Origin: Thermodesulfobacteriota bacterium
GTDB lineage: Bacteria > Desulfobacterota_D > UBA1144 > Nemesobacterales > Mycalebacteriaceae
Direction: 5' to 3'
Assembly: GCA_965226585.1 (NCBI GenBank)
Contig: OZ245366.1
Span: 544,001-608,000, forward strand
DNA: 64,000 bases
Positions 30,785 through 40,682 of the stretch are shown piece by piece. Numbering within the stretch: the stretch's first letter is position 1; every line of letters starts with the position of its first letter. The notes below the pieces were generated by a model, which saw only the letters and a list, made by a program, of their open reading frames with translations, did no database searches and was not told where the DNA came from. The translations under genes and the position numbers were made by a program.

Positions 30785-32386
30785 ATGACTAAACGGTTTT
30801 CATCTGGTGATTCATTTGTTTCCGGGGAAAACCCCTCAGACACGGAAACCCCGCTCATAGATTCAGAACTTCTGAAAATCATTCCCGAAAAACTCGCCAA
30901 AGAGCGCGGGGCGATTCCGCTTCGCAGAGAAAACGGCTCTGTGGTTGTCGCCGTCAGCGGAGAAACAACCCCGGACGTGCTTGATTTTGTAAAGTTCCGC
31001 AGCGGCAAAGGCGCGGATTTTGTTTCCGTTTCCTCTGAAACTGCGCGCCTTCTGATAGAGAAAAACTACGGCGCGGAAACGGGCGGCAAACAGGCGGGCG
31101 CGCAAAACGCTTTTTCGCCCGAAGCGATAAAACGCATAGCCGAAGAGGCAAGCAGAGCGGAGCGGGGGGAAAACCCCTCAGACACGGTAACGGCTTTCAC
31201 GCAGTCATCTCCGGTTGTCCGGCTTTCAAACTCCATTATAGAAGAGGCGTTTTCCAAAAGGGCGAGCGACATACACATAGAGCCGTATGAGGATGAGCTC
31301 AGGGTCAGATACAGGATTGACGGTGTTCTCTACGTGTTTCACACTTTTCCCGTTCAAACCGCGCCGATACTTGTTTCCCGTTTCAAGGTTATGTTCGGGC
31401 TTGATATCGCTGAAAAAAGACGCGCCCAGCAGGGAAGGATGAAGTTCAGTCCGCCGGGCGGAGAAAGTTTTGAGTGCAGAGTGTCTGTAGTTCCCGTAAC
31501 TTTCGGCGAGAAGATCGCCATCAGAATTCTTGACAAAACAACGCTTCAGCTCAGCCTTTCCGGTCTGGGTTTTGAAGACGGGCAGTTGTCTGGTTTTGAA
31601 AAGGCGGTGCGGGCGGAAAACGGAATGATACTGATTGCCGGTCCCACGGGAAGCGGAAAAACCACAACTCTCTACTCCGCCATTGAGGAGATAAAAAGCC
31701 CCGAAACCAACATCATCACCGTTGAAGACCCGATTGAATACGACCTTGACGGCATCAATCAGGTACAAGTGCGTGAGAGCACCGGGCTTACGTTTCCCGA
31801 ATGCCTCAGGTCTTTCCTCAGGCAGGATCCGGACGTGATTCTGGTGGGCGAGATACGCGATTCTGAAACCGCAGACATAGCCGTCAAGGCGTCTCTCACG
31901 GGTCATCTTATGCTCTCAACCGTTCACACAACGGACGCGCTTTCATCCATCGTCCGCCTGCTTGACATGGGAATAGAGCCGTTTCTTGTGGCTTCATCGC
32001 TTCACGCGGTTGTTGCCCAGAGGCTTGTCCGCCTGATATGCGGGTCTTGCAAAAAGCCCGCGAGCATAAGCCCTTCCGCCCTTGCCGCGGCAATACCTGA
32101 AGAGACTGCCGCGCCGGAATCGCTTTTTGAGGGCGGCGGCTGCGCGGCGTGCTCAAACACCGGATACAAGGGGCGCGAAGCGGTTTTTGAAGTCGCGGTT
32201 GTGGATTCGGAACTGAAGGAGATGATTGTTGCGGGCGCGTCTCCGGGCGAGATGAGAGGGTGGGCGGCACGCAAGGGAATGCGCACGATGAGGCAAAACG
32301 CGATTCACAAACTCTCGCTCGGGATTACAACTCTTGAGGAGGTTGTAAAAAACACCCCGCCCGGAGACGGCGGCACGCGGGTGTAG
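30785..32386 (+). CDS. pilB: Type IV pilus / T2SS assembly ATPase (PilB/GspE)
   Basis: ASDIHIEP, GPTGSGKTTT, TVEDPIEY, LRQDPDVILVGEIRD, tetracysteine CGSC...CAAC. Confidence 0.92.
   Translation: MTKRFSSGDSFVSGENPSDTETPLIDSELLKIIPEKLAKERGAIPLRRENGSVVVAVSGETTPDVLDFVKFRSGKGADFVSVSSETARLLIEKNYGAETGGKQAGAQNAFSPEAIKRIAEEASRAERGENPSDTVTAFTQSSPVVRLSNSIIEEAFSKRASDIHIEPYEDELRVRYRIDGVLYVFHTFPVQTAPILVSRFKVMFGLDIAEKRRAQQGRMKFSPPGGESFECRVSVVPVTFGEKIAIRILDKTTLQLSLSGLGFEDGQLSGFEKAVRAENGMILIAGPTGSGKTTTLYSAIEEIKSPETNIITVEDPIEYDLDGINQVQVRESTGLTFPECLRSFLRQDPDVILVGEIRDSETADIAVKASLTGHLMLSTVHTTDALSSIVRLLDMGIEPFLVASSLHAVVAQRLVRLICGSCKKPASISPSALAAAIPEETAAPESLFEGGGCAACSNTGYKGREAVFEVAVVDSELKEMIVAGASPGEMRGWAARKGMRTMRQNAIHKLSLGITTLEEVVKNTPPGDGGTRV
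30824..31187 (+). repeat. 22-bp in-frame direct repeat within pilB (30824-30845 and 31166-31187)
   Basis: ggggaaaacccctcagacacgg occurs twice, 342 bp apart; both copies encode GENPSDT. Confidence 0.9.
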
Positions 32387-32400
32387 GCAAGGGCGATGTT

Positions 32401-33513
32401 ATGAAAGATTCAAGCGGCGGACTGGCGGCTCGCATCCGGGCGATACTCAAAACGGAGATACACACGGGCGGAATACCCTCTGACGTCATATACTCGTTTA
32501 CAAGAAAGTTCTCCGTTATGGTCGGAGCCGGAATAGACATATCCCGCGCCCTTGATGTTCTCGCCGCGCGCGAGGCGAATTCGCGTTTCAAAAAAACGGT
32601 TGAAAGCGTTGCCCTTGCCGTGCGCAGAGGGGAAAGCCTTTCGTCTGCAATGGAGAAGCATCCCGGAGCGTTTTCCCGTCTCTACACCGGGCTTGTGAAG
32701 GCGGCGGAAAGCGGCGGGAACATGGGATACATAATGAAAAACCTTTCGGACAGTCTTCTGAAAACCGAACTGCTGAGGAAAAAAGTCAAAGCCGCGATGG
32801 TCTATCCCTTAACGGTGATAGTGTCTGCGGTTGTTATCATGATTCTCGCCCTGTCGTTTCTGGTTCCCGTGTTTGAAGGGATATTCAATGACATGGGCGC
32901 ACCGCTTCCCGCTCTCACGGCGGCGGTTATCGGGATAGCGGCTTTTGTTAAATCCAACCTTGTTGCGGTGGCGGTATTTGTGTCCGCCGCAGTCATCGTT
33001 CCCGTGCTGCTTTACAGGCGTTCCGGCAGGTTCGCGCTGTTTGCAGACCGCATGGTTTTCTTTGTTCCGGTGTTTGGAAAGATGGCGCACATGTCAATCC
33101 TGTCGCGCTTTTGCGGAACGCTCGCGTCTCTTCTGCGCGGCGGCGTTCCGCTTGTCTCCGCCCTTGAGGTGGTTTCCGTTACGGCGGACAACCGCTTTTT
33201 TTCGCGCGAAGTCATATCGTCTGCGAGGGAGATGGTTAAAGGGCGCGGTGTGGTGGAGTCTTTCAGCGGCAGAGAGCGGCTTTTTCCCGCCATATTTTTG
33301 TCAATGGTTGAAGCCGGGGAGCAGTCGGGCAGTTTGCCCCGTATGCTTGAGACTCTTGCCGAGGGCTATATGCAGGAGGCGGATTTTCTCTCAGCCGCCG
33401 TTCAGTCATCGGTTGAGAGCGCGGCAATATTTATTGTCGGGGCGATTGTCTCGGTTATAGTGATTTCAATGTATCTGCCGATATTCAGCCTTGTGTCGCT
33501 CTTTTCAGGCTGA
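32401..33513 (+). CDS. pilC: Type IV pilus platform protein (PilC/GspF)
   Basis: Two T2SSF repeats (GESLSSAM...AAESGG; GEQSGSL), AMVYP, SMYLPIF. Confidence 0.92.
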   Translation: MKDSSGGLAARIRAILKTEIHTGGIPSDVIYSFTRKFSVMVGAGIDISRALDVLAAREANSRFKKTVESVALAVRRGESLSSAMEKHPGAFSRLYTGLVKAAESGGNMGYIMKNLSDSLLKTELLRKKVKAAMVYPLTVIVSAVVIMILALSFLVPVFEGIFNDMGAPLPALTAAVIGIAAFVKSNLVAVAVFVSAAVIVPVLLYRRSGRFALFADRMVFFVPVFGKMAHMSILSRFCGTLASLLRGGVPLVSALEVVSVTADNRFFSREVISSAREMVKGRGVVESFSGRERLFPAIFLSMVEAGEQSGSLPRMLETLAEGYMQEADFLSAAVQSSVESAAIFIVGAIVSVIVISMYLPIFSLVSLFSG

Positions 33514-33542
33514 CGAGGCGCGCTTTCCCGGCCGGTGAATGA

Positions 33543-35657
33543 ATGGAAGACTCTTCAAAAAAACTCAGAAAAGAACTTGGAGTGAAAGACATTTTCGCCC
33601 TTGCGGCGGGAACTTCGCTGAGCGCGGGTTTCTTTCTCCTTCCCGGAATTGCCGCCAGTGAATACGGGCTTGGCACGTCTGTGGTTATCGCCTACATGGT
33701 GGCGGTTTTTTCCCTTATTCCGGTCATCTTCAGCATCGCCGAACTCTCAACCGCCATGCCCAGAGCGGGCGGAGCTTACTACTTTATAGACCGCTCTCTG
33801 GGGCCGCTTTTCGGCACAATCGGGGGCATTGGCACATGGCTCGCCCTTGTTCTCAAATCCGCGTTCGCCCTGATAGGAATGGGCTACTACATCGCGCTTT
33901 TCTTCCCGCAATACAGCCAGTACATCATACCGTTTTCCGTTTTCGCGACAGTTGTTCTGGGTTTCATTAACGCGATAGGGGCGAAGTCAAGCGGCGAGTT
34001 TCAGAAGTCTCTGGTTGCCGTGCTTGTTTTGATACTCGTCGCCTTTGTAGGCGGCGGGATTCCCGAAATAAAAACGGAAAACATAACCTCGCTTCTTGAT
34101 TTTTCCGCAGAAGCCATGATCTCCACCTCCGCCATGGTGTATATCAGTTACGCGGGCATAACGAAGATTACGAGTTTGTCGGAAGAGGTGAAAGACCCCG
34201 AAAGAACCATACCGCTCGGAATGTTCTACGCCCTCGGAGTTTCCGTTCTTGTGTACGGGCTTGGAACTCTTGTTATGGTGGGCGTTATTCCCATTGGCAA
34301 CGTGCTTGGCAACCCCACGCTTGCGGCGGATGCGGCAATGGCGGTGTTCGGCAAAACCGGGCTTTACCTCATCTCTCTCGCGGCGATTGCGGCGTTTATA
34401 TCAGTTGCCAACGCCGGAACTCTCACCGCTTCGCGCTACCCTCTCGCCATGAGCCGGGACGATATTATGCCGCGGGTTTTCAGAAGGATTTCGCACAACG
34501 GCACTCCCGTCTACGGGCTTATACTCACGGTTGCGGCAATCTCGCTAATTCTCATATTTCTCAACCCGGCGAAGATAGTTAAACTGGCAAGCGCGTTTCA
34601 ACTTTTTGTGTTCGCGATTTTGTGCTTTTCCGTAATCGTTATGAGGGAGAGCAGGATTGATTCCTACGACCCCGGATACAAATCTCCGCTCTACCCGTGG
34701 ATGCAGATAGCGGGGATTGTCTCTTCGCTGTGGCTGTTTATAAGCGTCGGATATTCCGCGAAACTTTTCACAGTCGCGGTGGTTGTGATATGCGTGTTGT
34801 GGTATCGCATTCACATCCGCGACCGCTTGAAAAGGGGCGGCGCGATATTCCATCTGTTTGAAAATCTCGGCCGCTCGCGATACGAAGGGCTTGACACTGA
34901 ACTCAGGGAGATACTCAAAGAGAAGGGTCTCAGAAAAGACGACCCGTTTGACCGCCTGATGGCGGCAAGCGCGGTGATAGACCTTGGAGACCGCGAGGGG
35001 CTTGATTTTGAAATGGTGGCGCATCTTGTTTCGCAGGAACTTGCCACGCGCCTCAAACGTTTCAGCGCGGGCGACCTTGCCGAGCGGTTTATTCGCGGCA
35101 CGGGAGTTGGCATGACTCCGGTTACGGAGGAAGGCATCGCGCTTCCGCATCTGCGGCTTGGCGGCATAGAGCAGATGGAAATAGTTATGGTTCGCGCCCG
35201 CAAAGGCGTTGACATAGCCGCAGGCGCGGGGCAGTACCCGGAATCCGTCACGAAAAAGGCGCGCGCGCTTTTCTTTCTTGCAAGCCCCGAAGCCGAGCCG
35301 AACCTGCATTTGAGAATACTTGCCAGAATGGCGAGCATTGTTGAGGATGAAGGATTTTTCAAAGACTGGATGGAAGCGGCGGGAGAGGACGGGCTGAGGG
35401 AGATATTCACGCGCAGTGAGCAGATTCTTATTATTGAGATAGGCGAATGGGACAGTCCTTCACACGCTCTTACGGGCAAGCCGCTTAAAGATTCGGGGCT
35501 TCCCGCGGGCTGTCTTGTCGCGCTGATAAAAAGGCGGGGGCGGGCTGTTGTTCCGGGTCCGATGACGGTGCTTGAGCAGGGCGACATTGTAACCTTTGTT
35601 GGCGAGCCGCAGGCGGTTGAAGAACTTAAAAGGAAGTATCCGGCAAAGGCGGGATGA
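33543..35657 (+). CDS. APC transporter fused to PTS EIIA-2 and RCK_C (TrkA-C) domains
   Basis: About 12 TM N-domain (GFFLLPG, AELSTAMPRAGG); GIALPHLR EIIA motif; GKPLKDSGLP...LEQGDIVTFVG. Confidence 0.85.
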   Translation: MEDSSKKLRKELGVKDIFALAAGTSLSAGFFLLPGIAASEYGLGTSVVIAYMVAVFSLIPVIFSIAELSTAMPRAGGAYYFIDRSLGPLFGTIGGIGTWLALVLKSAFALIGMGYYIALFFPQYSQYIIPFSVFATVVLGFINAIGAKSSGEFQKSLVAVLVLILVAFVGGGIPEIKTENITSLLDFSAEAMISTSAMVYISYAGITKITSLSEEVKDPERTIPLGMFYALGVSVLVYGLGTLVMVGVIPIGNVLGNPTLAADAAMAVFGKTGLYLISLAAIAAFISVANAGTLTASRYPLAMSRDDIMPRVFRRISHNGTPVYGLILTVAAISLILIFLNPAKIVKLASAFQLFVFAILCFSVIVMRESRIDSYDPGYKSPLYPWMQIAGIVSSLWLFISVGYSAKLFTVAVVVICVLWYRIHIRDRLKRGGAIFHLFENLGRSRYEGLDTELREILKEKGLRKDDPFDRLMAASAVIDLGDREGLDFEMVAHLVSQELATRLKRFSAGDLAERFIRGTGVGMTPVTEEGIALPHLRLGGIEQMEIVMVRARKGVDIAAGAGQYPESVTKKARALFFLASPEAEPNLHLRILARMASIVEDEGFFKDWMEAAGEDGLREIFTRSEQILIIEIGEWDSPSHALTGKPLKDSGLPAGCLVALIKRRGRAVVPGPMTVLEQGDIVTFVGEPQAVEELKRKYPAKAG

Positions 35658-35664
35658 GGCGGTT

Positions 35665-36330
35665 TTGAAATACGAAGCGGTAATTTTTGACCTTGACGGA
35701 ACCCTTGTTGACTCAGTCGCAGACATAGCCGGCGCGGCGAACATGGCTTTGAGAGCGCATGGTTTTGAGGCGCGCAAGACAGATGAATACCGCTTTTTTA
35801 TAGGCGAGGGCGCGCGGGAGATGATAAAAAAAGCCCTTCCGCCGTCTGCCGGTGAAAGCGACATCGGCAAGTGTCTTGAGGGTTTTATGGCTTTCTACAG
35901 GGAGGGTTTTGACGTCCACACAAAACTGTATGACGGAATGCCCGAACTGCTTGGCGCGCTTTGCGGCAGGGGCGTAAAAATTGCCGTGCTTTCCAACAAG
36001 CCGCAGGAGATGACTTCAAAGATTGCCGACAGTCTTCTTGCCGGGTGGGATTTTTCTGAAATTGTGGGGCACAGCGAAAAAGTGCCGCGAAAGCCCGACC
36101 CTTCGGGCGCTCTGGAGTTGTGCAAAAGAATGGGGGTTTCCGCCGCCGCAAGCGTATTTGTGGGGGATTCCGCGATAGACATGAAAACCGCAACCGCTTC
36201 GGGAATGCTTCCCGTGGGCGTGCTGTGGGGATTTAGAAGCAGGGAAGAGTTGGTGCAGTCCGGCGCGGCTTACGTTATGGAGAGACCCGGAGAGTTGGAG
36301 GAGATAATAGGCGGGGGCGGAAAGGTTTGA
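35665..36330 (+). CDS. HAD-family phosphatase (phosphoglycolate phosphatase-like)
   Basis: IFDLDGTLVDS, LSNK, KPDP, VGDS..D; TTG start. Confidence 0.9.
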   Translation: MKYEAVIFDLDGTLVDSVADIAGAANMALRAHGFEARKTDEYRFFIGEGAREMIKKALPPSAGESDIGKCLEGFMAFYREGFDVHTKLYDGMPELLGALCGRGVKIAVLSNKPQEMTSKIADSLLAGWDFSEIVGHSEKVPRKPDPSGALELCKRMGVSAAASVFVGDSAIDMKTATASGMLPVGVLWGFRSREELVQSGAAYVMERPGELEEIIGGGGKV

Positions 36331-37514
36331 GCGTGGGCGGCACAAAAAAGCGGCTTGGAATTCTGGGCGGCGGACAGTTGGGGCAGATGCTGTGCATCGC
36401 CGCAAAAGAGTCAAAAAACAAAGAACTGAGAGCGAGCGGTGTTGAGACGTTTGTTCTTGACCCGTCCGCAGACTGCCCGGCGGCGAATGTGTGTTCAAAC
36501 TTCACGCAAGGAGATTTCAGAAATGCCGAAGATGTTCTTGCCTTTGGCGAAAAGGTTGATGTTCTAACGATTGAGATAGAGCACGTGAACACGGACGCGC
36601 TCACGGAACTTGTGAAAGAAGGGGTGGATGTACATCCGTCTCCCGAAATAATTTCCTGCATACAGGACAAGGGGTCGCAGAAGCAGTTTTACAGAGACAA
36701 TCAGATTCCCATCAGGCCGCCGTTTGATGGGATAGCAACCGTTGTTGAGACGGCTGATGAAATACGGCAGTACGCAAAGAAGCACAACATTTTTTCGTTT
36801 GTGCAGAAACTGTGCAAAGGCGGCTATGACGGGCGCGGCGTGTTTGTTGTCCGCTCGCCGGATGACCTTGACCGTCTTCTTAAAGGCGCGTCTGTGGTTG
36901 AGCGTTTTGTTGAGATTGAGAAGGAGTTGTCCGTTATTGTGGCGCAAAACGCGAACGGGGAGACGGTTTGTTTTCCGCCGGTTGAGATGGCTTTCAACAG
37001 CGAGGCAAACCTTGTTGAGTTTGTTTCCTGCCCCGCGAGTGTCAGCAGTCAGGTTTCCGGTGAATGCGAAAAGATTGCCGCAGATATTGCCAAGGTGTGG
37101 AATCTTCGCGGCATTCTTGCCGTTGAGATGTTTCTCTCAAAAGACGGCGCGGTGATTGTGAACGAGTCCGCCCCTCGTCCTCACAACAGCGGGCATCACA
37201 CAATAGAGGCGTGTGTTACATCGCAATACGAGCAATGTTTGCTTGCCGTGCTGGGGCTTCCGCTTGGCGACACATCTTTGAAAATCCCGTCTGTGATGGT
37301 GAACATACTTGGAGAGCCGGGGCACAGCGGCGATGCGGTTTATAAGGGGCTTGAGGAGAGCATGAAAGTGGAGGGGGCGAATTTTCACATATACGGCAAG
37401 CGGCAGACAAAGCCGTTCAGGAAGATGGGGCACGTTACGGTTGTTGACGAAAATATGGAGAGCGCCTTTGAAAAAGCGCGGAGTATCAAACAAAATCTAA
37501 AGGTGGTGTCATGA
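36327..37514 (+). CDS. purK: N5-carboxyaminoimidazole ribonucleotide synthase
   Basis: GILGGGQLG, GYDGRG, NESAPRPHNSGH, RKMGHVT. Confidence 0.96.
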   Translation: MSVGGTKKRLGILGGGQLGQMLCIAAKESKNKELRASGVETFVLDPSADCPAANVCSNFTQGDFRNAEDVLAFGEKVDVLTIEIEHVNTDALTELVKEGVDVHPSPEIISCIQDKGSQKQFYRDNQIPIRPPFDGIATVVETADEIRQYAKKHNIFSFVQKLCKGGYDGRGVFVVRSPDDLDRLLKGASVVERFVEIEKELSVIVAQNANGETVCFPPVEMAFNSEANLVEFVSCPASVSSQVSGECEKIAADIAKVWNLRGILAVEMFLSKDGAVIVNESAPRPHNSGHHTIEACVTSQYEQCLLAVLGLPLGDTSLKIPSVMVNILGEPGHSGDAVYKGLEESMKVEGANFHIYGKRQTKPFRKMGHVTVVDENMESAFEKARSIKQNLKVVS

Positions 37515-38032
37515 GCAAGCCGGTTGCAAGTGTTGTTATGGGTTCGGATTCAGACCTCAAGGTTATGAAAGAGGCGGCGGCGTTTCTTGAGGGCGTGGGT
37601 GTTGAGACTGAGGTTACAATTGTGAGCGCGCACAGGACTCCCGAGCGGCTTTTTGATTTTGCGAAGAATGCGCACGGGCGTGGTGTTGAGGTTGTAATTG
37701 CCGGCGCGGGCGGGGCGGCTCATTTGCCCGGAATGATTGCGTCAATTTCGCCGCTTCCGGTGATTGGAGTGCCGATAAACTCGTCAAATTCGATTGACGG
37801 TGTGGATTCCGTTTTGTCTATTCTTCAAATGCCCGCAGGTGTGCCGGTTGCCACGGTAGCGGTTGACGGCGGAAAAAACGCGGGAATTCTCGCCGCTGAA
37901 ATCCTCGCGGTGAAAGACGCAAAGTTGAGGGAAAAACTGATTGAGTTCAAAAAAACTCTCGCAGACGATGTTAGGAAGAAGTTTGAGAAACTTGAGAAAG
38001 AGGGTTATGTGGAGTATTTGAAAGGGAAATAA
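37511..38032 (+). CDS. purE: N5-CAIR mutase
   Basis: MGSDSD, SAHRTP, AGAGGAAHLPGM, QMPAGVPVATV. Confidence 0.97.
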   Translation: MSKPVASVVMGSDSDLKVMKEAAAFLEGVGVETEVTIVSAHRTPERLFDFAKNAHGRGVEVVIAGAGGAAHLPGMIASISPLPVIGVPINSSNSIDGVDSVLSILQMPAGVPVATVAVDGGKNAGILAAEILAVKDAKLREKLIEFKKTLADDVRKKFEKLEKEGYVEYLKGK

Positions 38033-38036
38033 CCAA

Positions 38037-39620
38037 ATGCCGAAAAAGAATATACTGCTGATAGAGCCGGGATATAGGAACAAATATCCACCCTTGGGGC
38101 TTATGAAAATTGCCCAGTATCACGGGCCCCAAGGGAAAAACGATAATGTTCATTTTGTTAAAGGAGAAGACCAGAGCGTATTAGAACAGGATTGGGACAG
38201 GGTCTACATTACAACACTCTTTTCTTTTGAATTTAGTCGGATCAAAAAAACCATTGAGTACGCGCTGAAAGTTGCCAAAGGTGAGAACAGAAAAATCTTT
38301 GTCGGTGGTATAGCAGTTTCTCTAATGCATGAACTCTTTGTTGAAGAGAGAAACTGGGAAGGTATACGCTTTATCACGGGACTGCTTTCCAAGTCGCCAG
38401 CGAAGTCTTTGCAACTTGGCAGAGGAGATTTTTACTCAAGAGATACAAAAAGCACTCCAATAGAAGATTTGGTTCCAGATTACAGCATCTTAGACCAAGT
38501 AGATTACGACTATCCCGTTAGAGATGCTTATTTTGCTTATGCTTCCCGTGGATGTGTTCGCACCTGTCGTTTCTGTGGTGTGCCTAAATTAGAGGGTGCA
38601 CAACGTGATATGCCTTCAATATCAGGTGTTGTAGATGGCATAGCAAAACAATACGGAGAGAAGAAAGATTTGGTTCTTATGGACAACAACTTTACCGCCT
38701 CACAAAACTTTCGTGAACTTGTTGCGGAAATACAAGATTTGGGTTTTTCAAGAGGGGCAAAAATCAAGAGAGGTAAATCCAACCTGAAAAGACGTGTGGA
38801 TTTCAACCAAGGGGTTGATTCTCGTATTCTGTGTAAGAATGAGATGTTTCTAAAAGAGATGTCTAAACTTTGTGTCAGTCCTCTACGTATTGCTTTCGAC
38901 CACTGGGGGCTACGCAAACAGTATGAAGAATCTATCCGTTTTGCACACAAGTTTGATATGAATCAACTTTCTAACTATATGCTCTACAATTTCCATGATA
39001 CGCCGGAAGACCTCTACAAAAGAATGGAGTTGAACATAGACCTTAACGAAGAGCTTGGTATTCGTATTTGGTCTTTTCCTATGCGTTATCAGCCTACAAA
39101 TCTACCGAAAAGATCTCATGTAGGCGAAAAATGGACTTGGTATCAGTTGCGTTCTTTTCAACTTATTTTGCAAGCAACACACGGGGTTGTAAGCGGCAAC
39201 CCGTCTTTTTTCAACTACGCTTTCGGTAGTTCCACCGAAGAATTTAGGGAAATTCTTCTTTATCCACATCGCTATATTTTTCATAGGAAATGGTTTAAAG
39301 AACAAGGTGGACAAGGTGAATTTGAAGATTTCAAAATCCAATTGTCTAAACTGTCAGAAGATGAAAAACAGGAGCTTATTGACTGGCTTTCAGTTCAGGA
39401 TAATCGCTATATGTCGCAAGAGGAAGTGTGTTCAAAGAGGAAAGAGTTGAGGAAACGGAAGTTGAAAAGCATCCTTCCGTTTTATAAAAAGGCGATTAAG
39501 TCTGAAACGGATGAGATTTACAGACTTCAGGAAGATATGAGACGACAAGTTGATTGCAGTCTTCAAGAAGATGAATTTGTTGAAGATGCTGGGCTTGGTT
39601 ATGACAAACATGGAGATTGA
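38037..39620 (+). CDS. B12-binding-domain radical SAM protein
   Basis: N-terminal ILLIEP...YPPLGLMKIA...YITTLFSF...FVGGIA (B12-binding-like Rossmann); SRGCVRTCRFC (CxxxCxxC); MDNN, DFNQGVD, RIAFD. Confidence 0.85.
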   Translation: MPKKNILLIEPGYRNKYPPLGLMKIAQYHGPQGKNDNVHFVKGEDQSVLEQDWDRVYITTLFSFEFSRIKKTIEYALKVAKGENRKIFVGGIAVSLMHELFVEERNWEGIRFITGLLSKSPAKSLQLGRGDFYSRDTKSTPIEDLVPDYSILDQVDYDYPVRDAYFAYASRGCVRTCRFCGVPKLEGAQRDMPSISGVVDGIAKQYGEKKDLVLMDNNFTASQNFRELVAEIQDLGFSRGAKIKRGKSNLKRRVDFNQGVDSRILCKNEMFLKEMSKLCVSPLRIAFDHWGLRKQYEESIRFAHKFDMNQLSNYMLYNFHDTPEDLYKRMELNIDLNEELGIRIWSFPMRYQPTNLPKRSHVGEKWTWYQLRSFQLILQATHGVVSGNPSFFNYAFGSSTEEFREILLYPHRYIFHRKWFKEQGGQGEFEDFKIQLSKLSEDEKQELIDWLSVQDNRYMSQEEVCSKRKELRKRKLKSILPFYKKAIKSETDEIYRLQEDMRRQVDCSLQEDEFVEDAGLGYDKHGD

Positions 39621-39644
39621 CAATTCAATTTTAGGAGGTTGTAA

Positions 39645-40682
39645 ATGCCAGAAGAAGGTTACAAGTTACTTGATGTGGGGAAAATAGAATTTGATACGGA
39701 AAACCCCCGAATTAAGAAGTCTCTCGAGAAGTATAAAGGCGAGATTACTGCAGAACGTATTGCTTTTGCTCTGCGTTCCGCTACGAGTGGAGAATCAAAA
39801 AGCGATTCAAGTTTTAACAAGCTCAAAGATTCTATCGGAGCAAATGGTGGTATAACAATTCCCATTACTGTTGTGAAGCAAGGCAAAAAGTATATTTGTA
39901 TTGATGGGAATACCCGTCTCGCAATTTATAAAGACTTTCATAAAAGTGGGTCTAAAGGAGATTGGTCAAAGATCCCTGCTTTGCTGAAAGACAATCCTGA
40001 AAAAAGTGAAATAGAAAAAATACGTGTTTCTGCACACTTGGTTGGAGCCAGAGACTGGCCCGCATACGAAAAGGCAAGGTATCTTCATGACTTGTACTAT
40101 TCAGAACTAATGAGTTACAGCGAAATGGTAGCACTATGCGGAGGAAACAAGAAGGCAATAGAAAGTCAGATTCAAGCATATAAGGACATGAATGAGTTCT
40201 ACCGTGATATCGTTGACGATACGGCATTCCAGATTGATCGTTTTAGTGGGTTTCAGGAATTGCAAAAATCTGGAATTAAAGATGCAATTTTTAGTGCAGG
40301 ACTTGAATTGAAGGATTTTGGAGAGTGGATACGCGATGGGAAAATAGAGCGCTTGGAAGATGTCCGTGAGCTGAAGAAGGGGGTTCTTAGTGATGAGGAA
40401 GCCAGAAAAGTTTTCTTGAGTGGTGGTGTTAATTCTATAAAAGACGCCATCAAAGTTATGGAGAGAAATCAGGACTCAAAAAGAGACAAGCCTCTGGGCA
40501 GTTCTACTTTGGAAGAATCTACAACCTACCAGATAGCGGAGGTTCTTTCCCGCCGCATCAATGAAATGCCTTTTCATGAAATTCGCACGCTTCAAAACAG
40601 AGATGGTGGTTCTGAACAAGTCTTAATACTTGAGGAATTGATGGGGCGCCTGAAACAGTTACTAGATAATGTCCCAGAGTGA
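39645..40682 (+). CDS. ParB/Sulfiredoxin-like N-terminal domain protein (copy A)
   Basis: FDTENPRI, GGITIPITV, IDGNTRLA, HLVGARDW; SD AGGAGG. Confidence 0.75.
   Translation: MPEEGYKLLDVGKIEFDTENPRIKKSLEKYKGEITAERIAFALRSATSGESKSDSSFNKLKDSIGANGGITIPITVVKQGKKYICIDGNTRLAIYKDFHKSGSKGDWSKIPALLKDNPEKSEIEKIRVSAHLVGARDWPAYEKARYLHDLYYSELMSYSEMVALCGGNKKAIESQIQAYKDMNEFYRDIVDDTAFQIDRFSGFQELQKSGIKDAIFSAGLELKDFGEWIRDGKIERLEDVRELKKGVLSDEEARKVFLSGGVNSIKDAIKVMERNQDSKRDKPLGSSTLEESTTYQIAEVLSRRINEMPFHEIRTLQNRDGGSEQVLILEELMGRLKQLLDNVPE

Noticed and set aside
38037..39620. Viperin, QueE/Dpd or MiaB/RimO assignment for the radical SAM protein
   Set aside because: It has a B12-binding-like N-domain and is much longer than viperin or QueE; no que/dpd genes nearby and no UPF0004/TRAM features.
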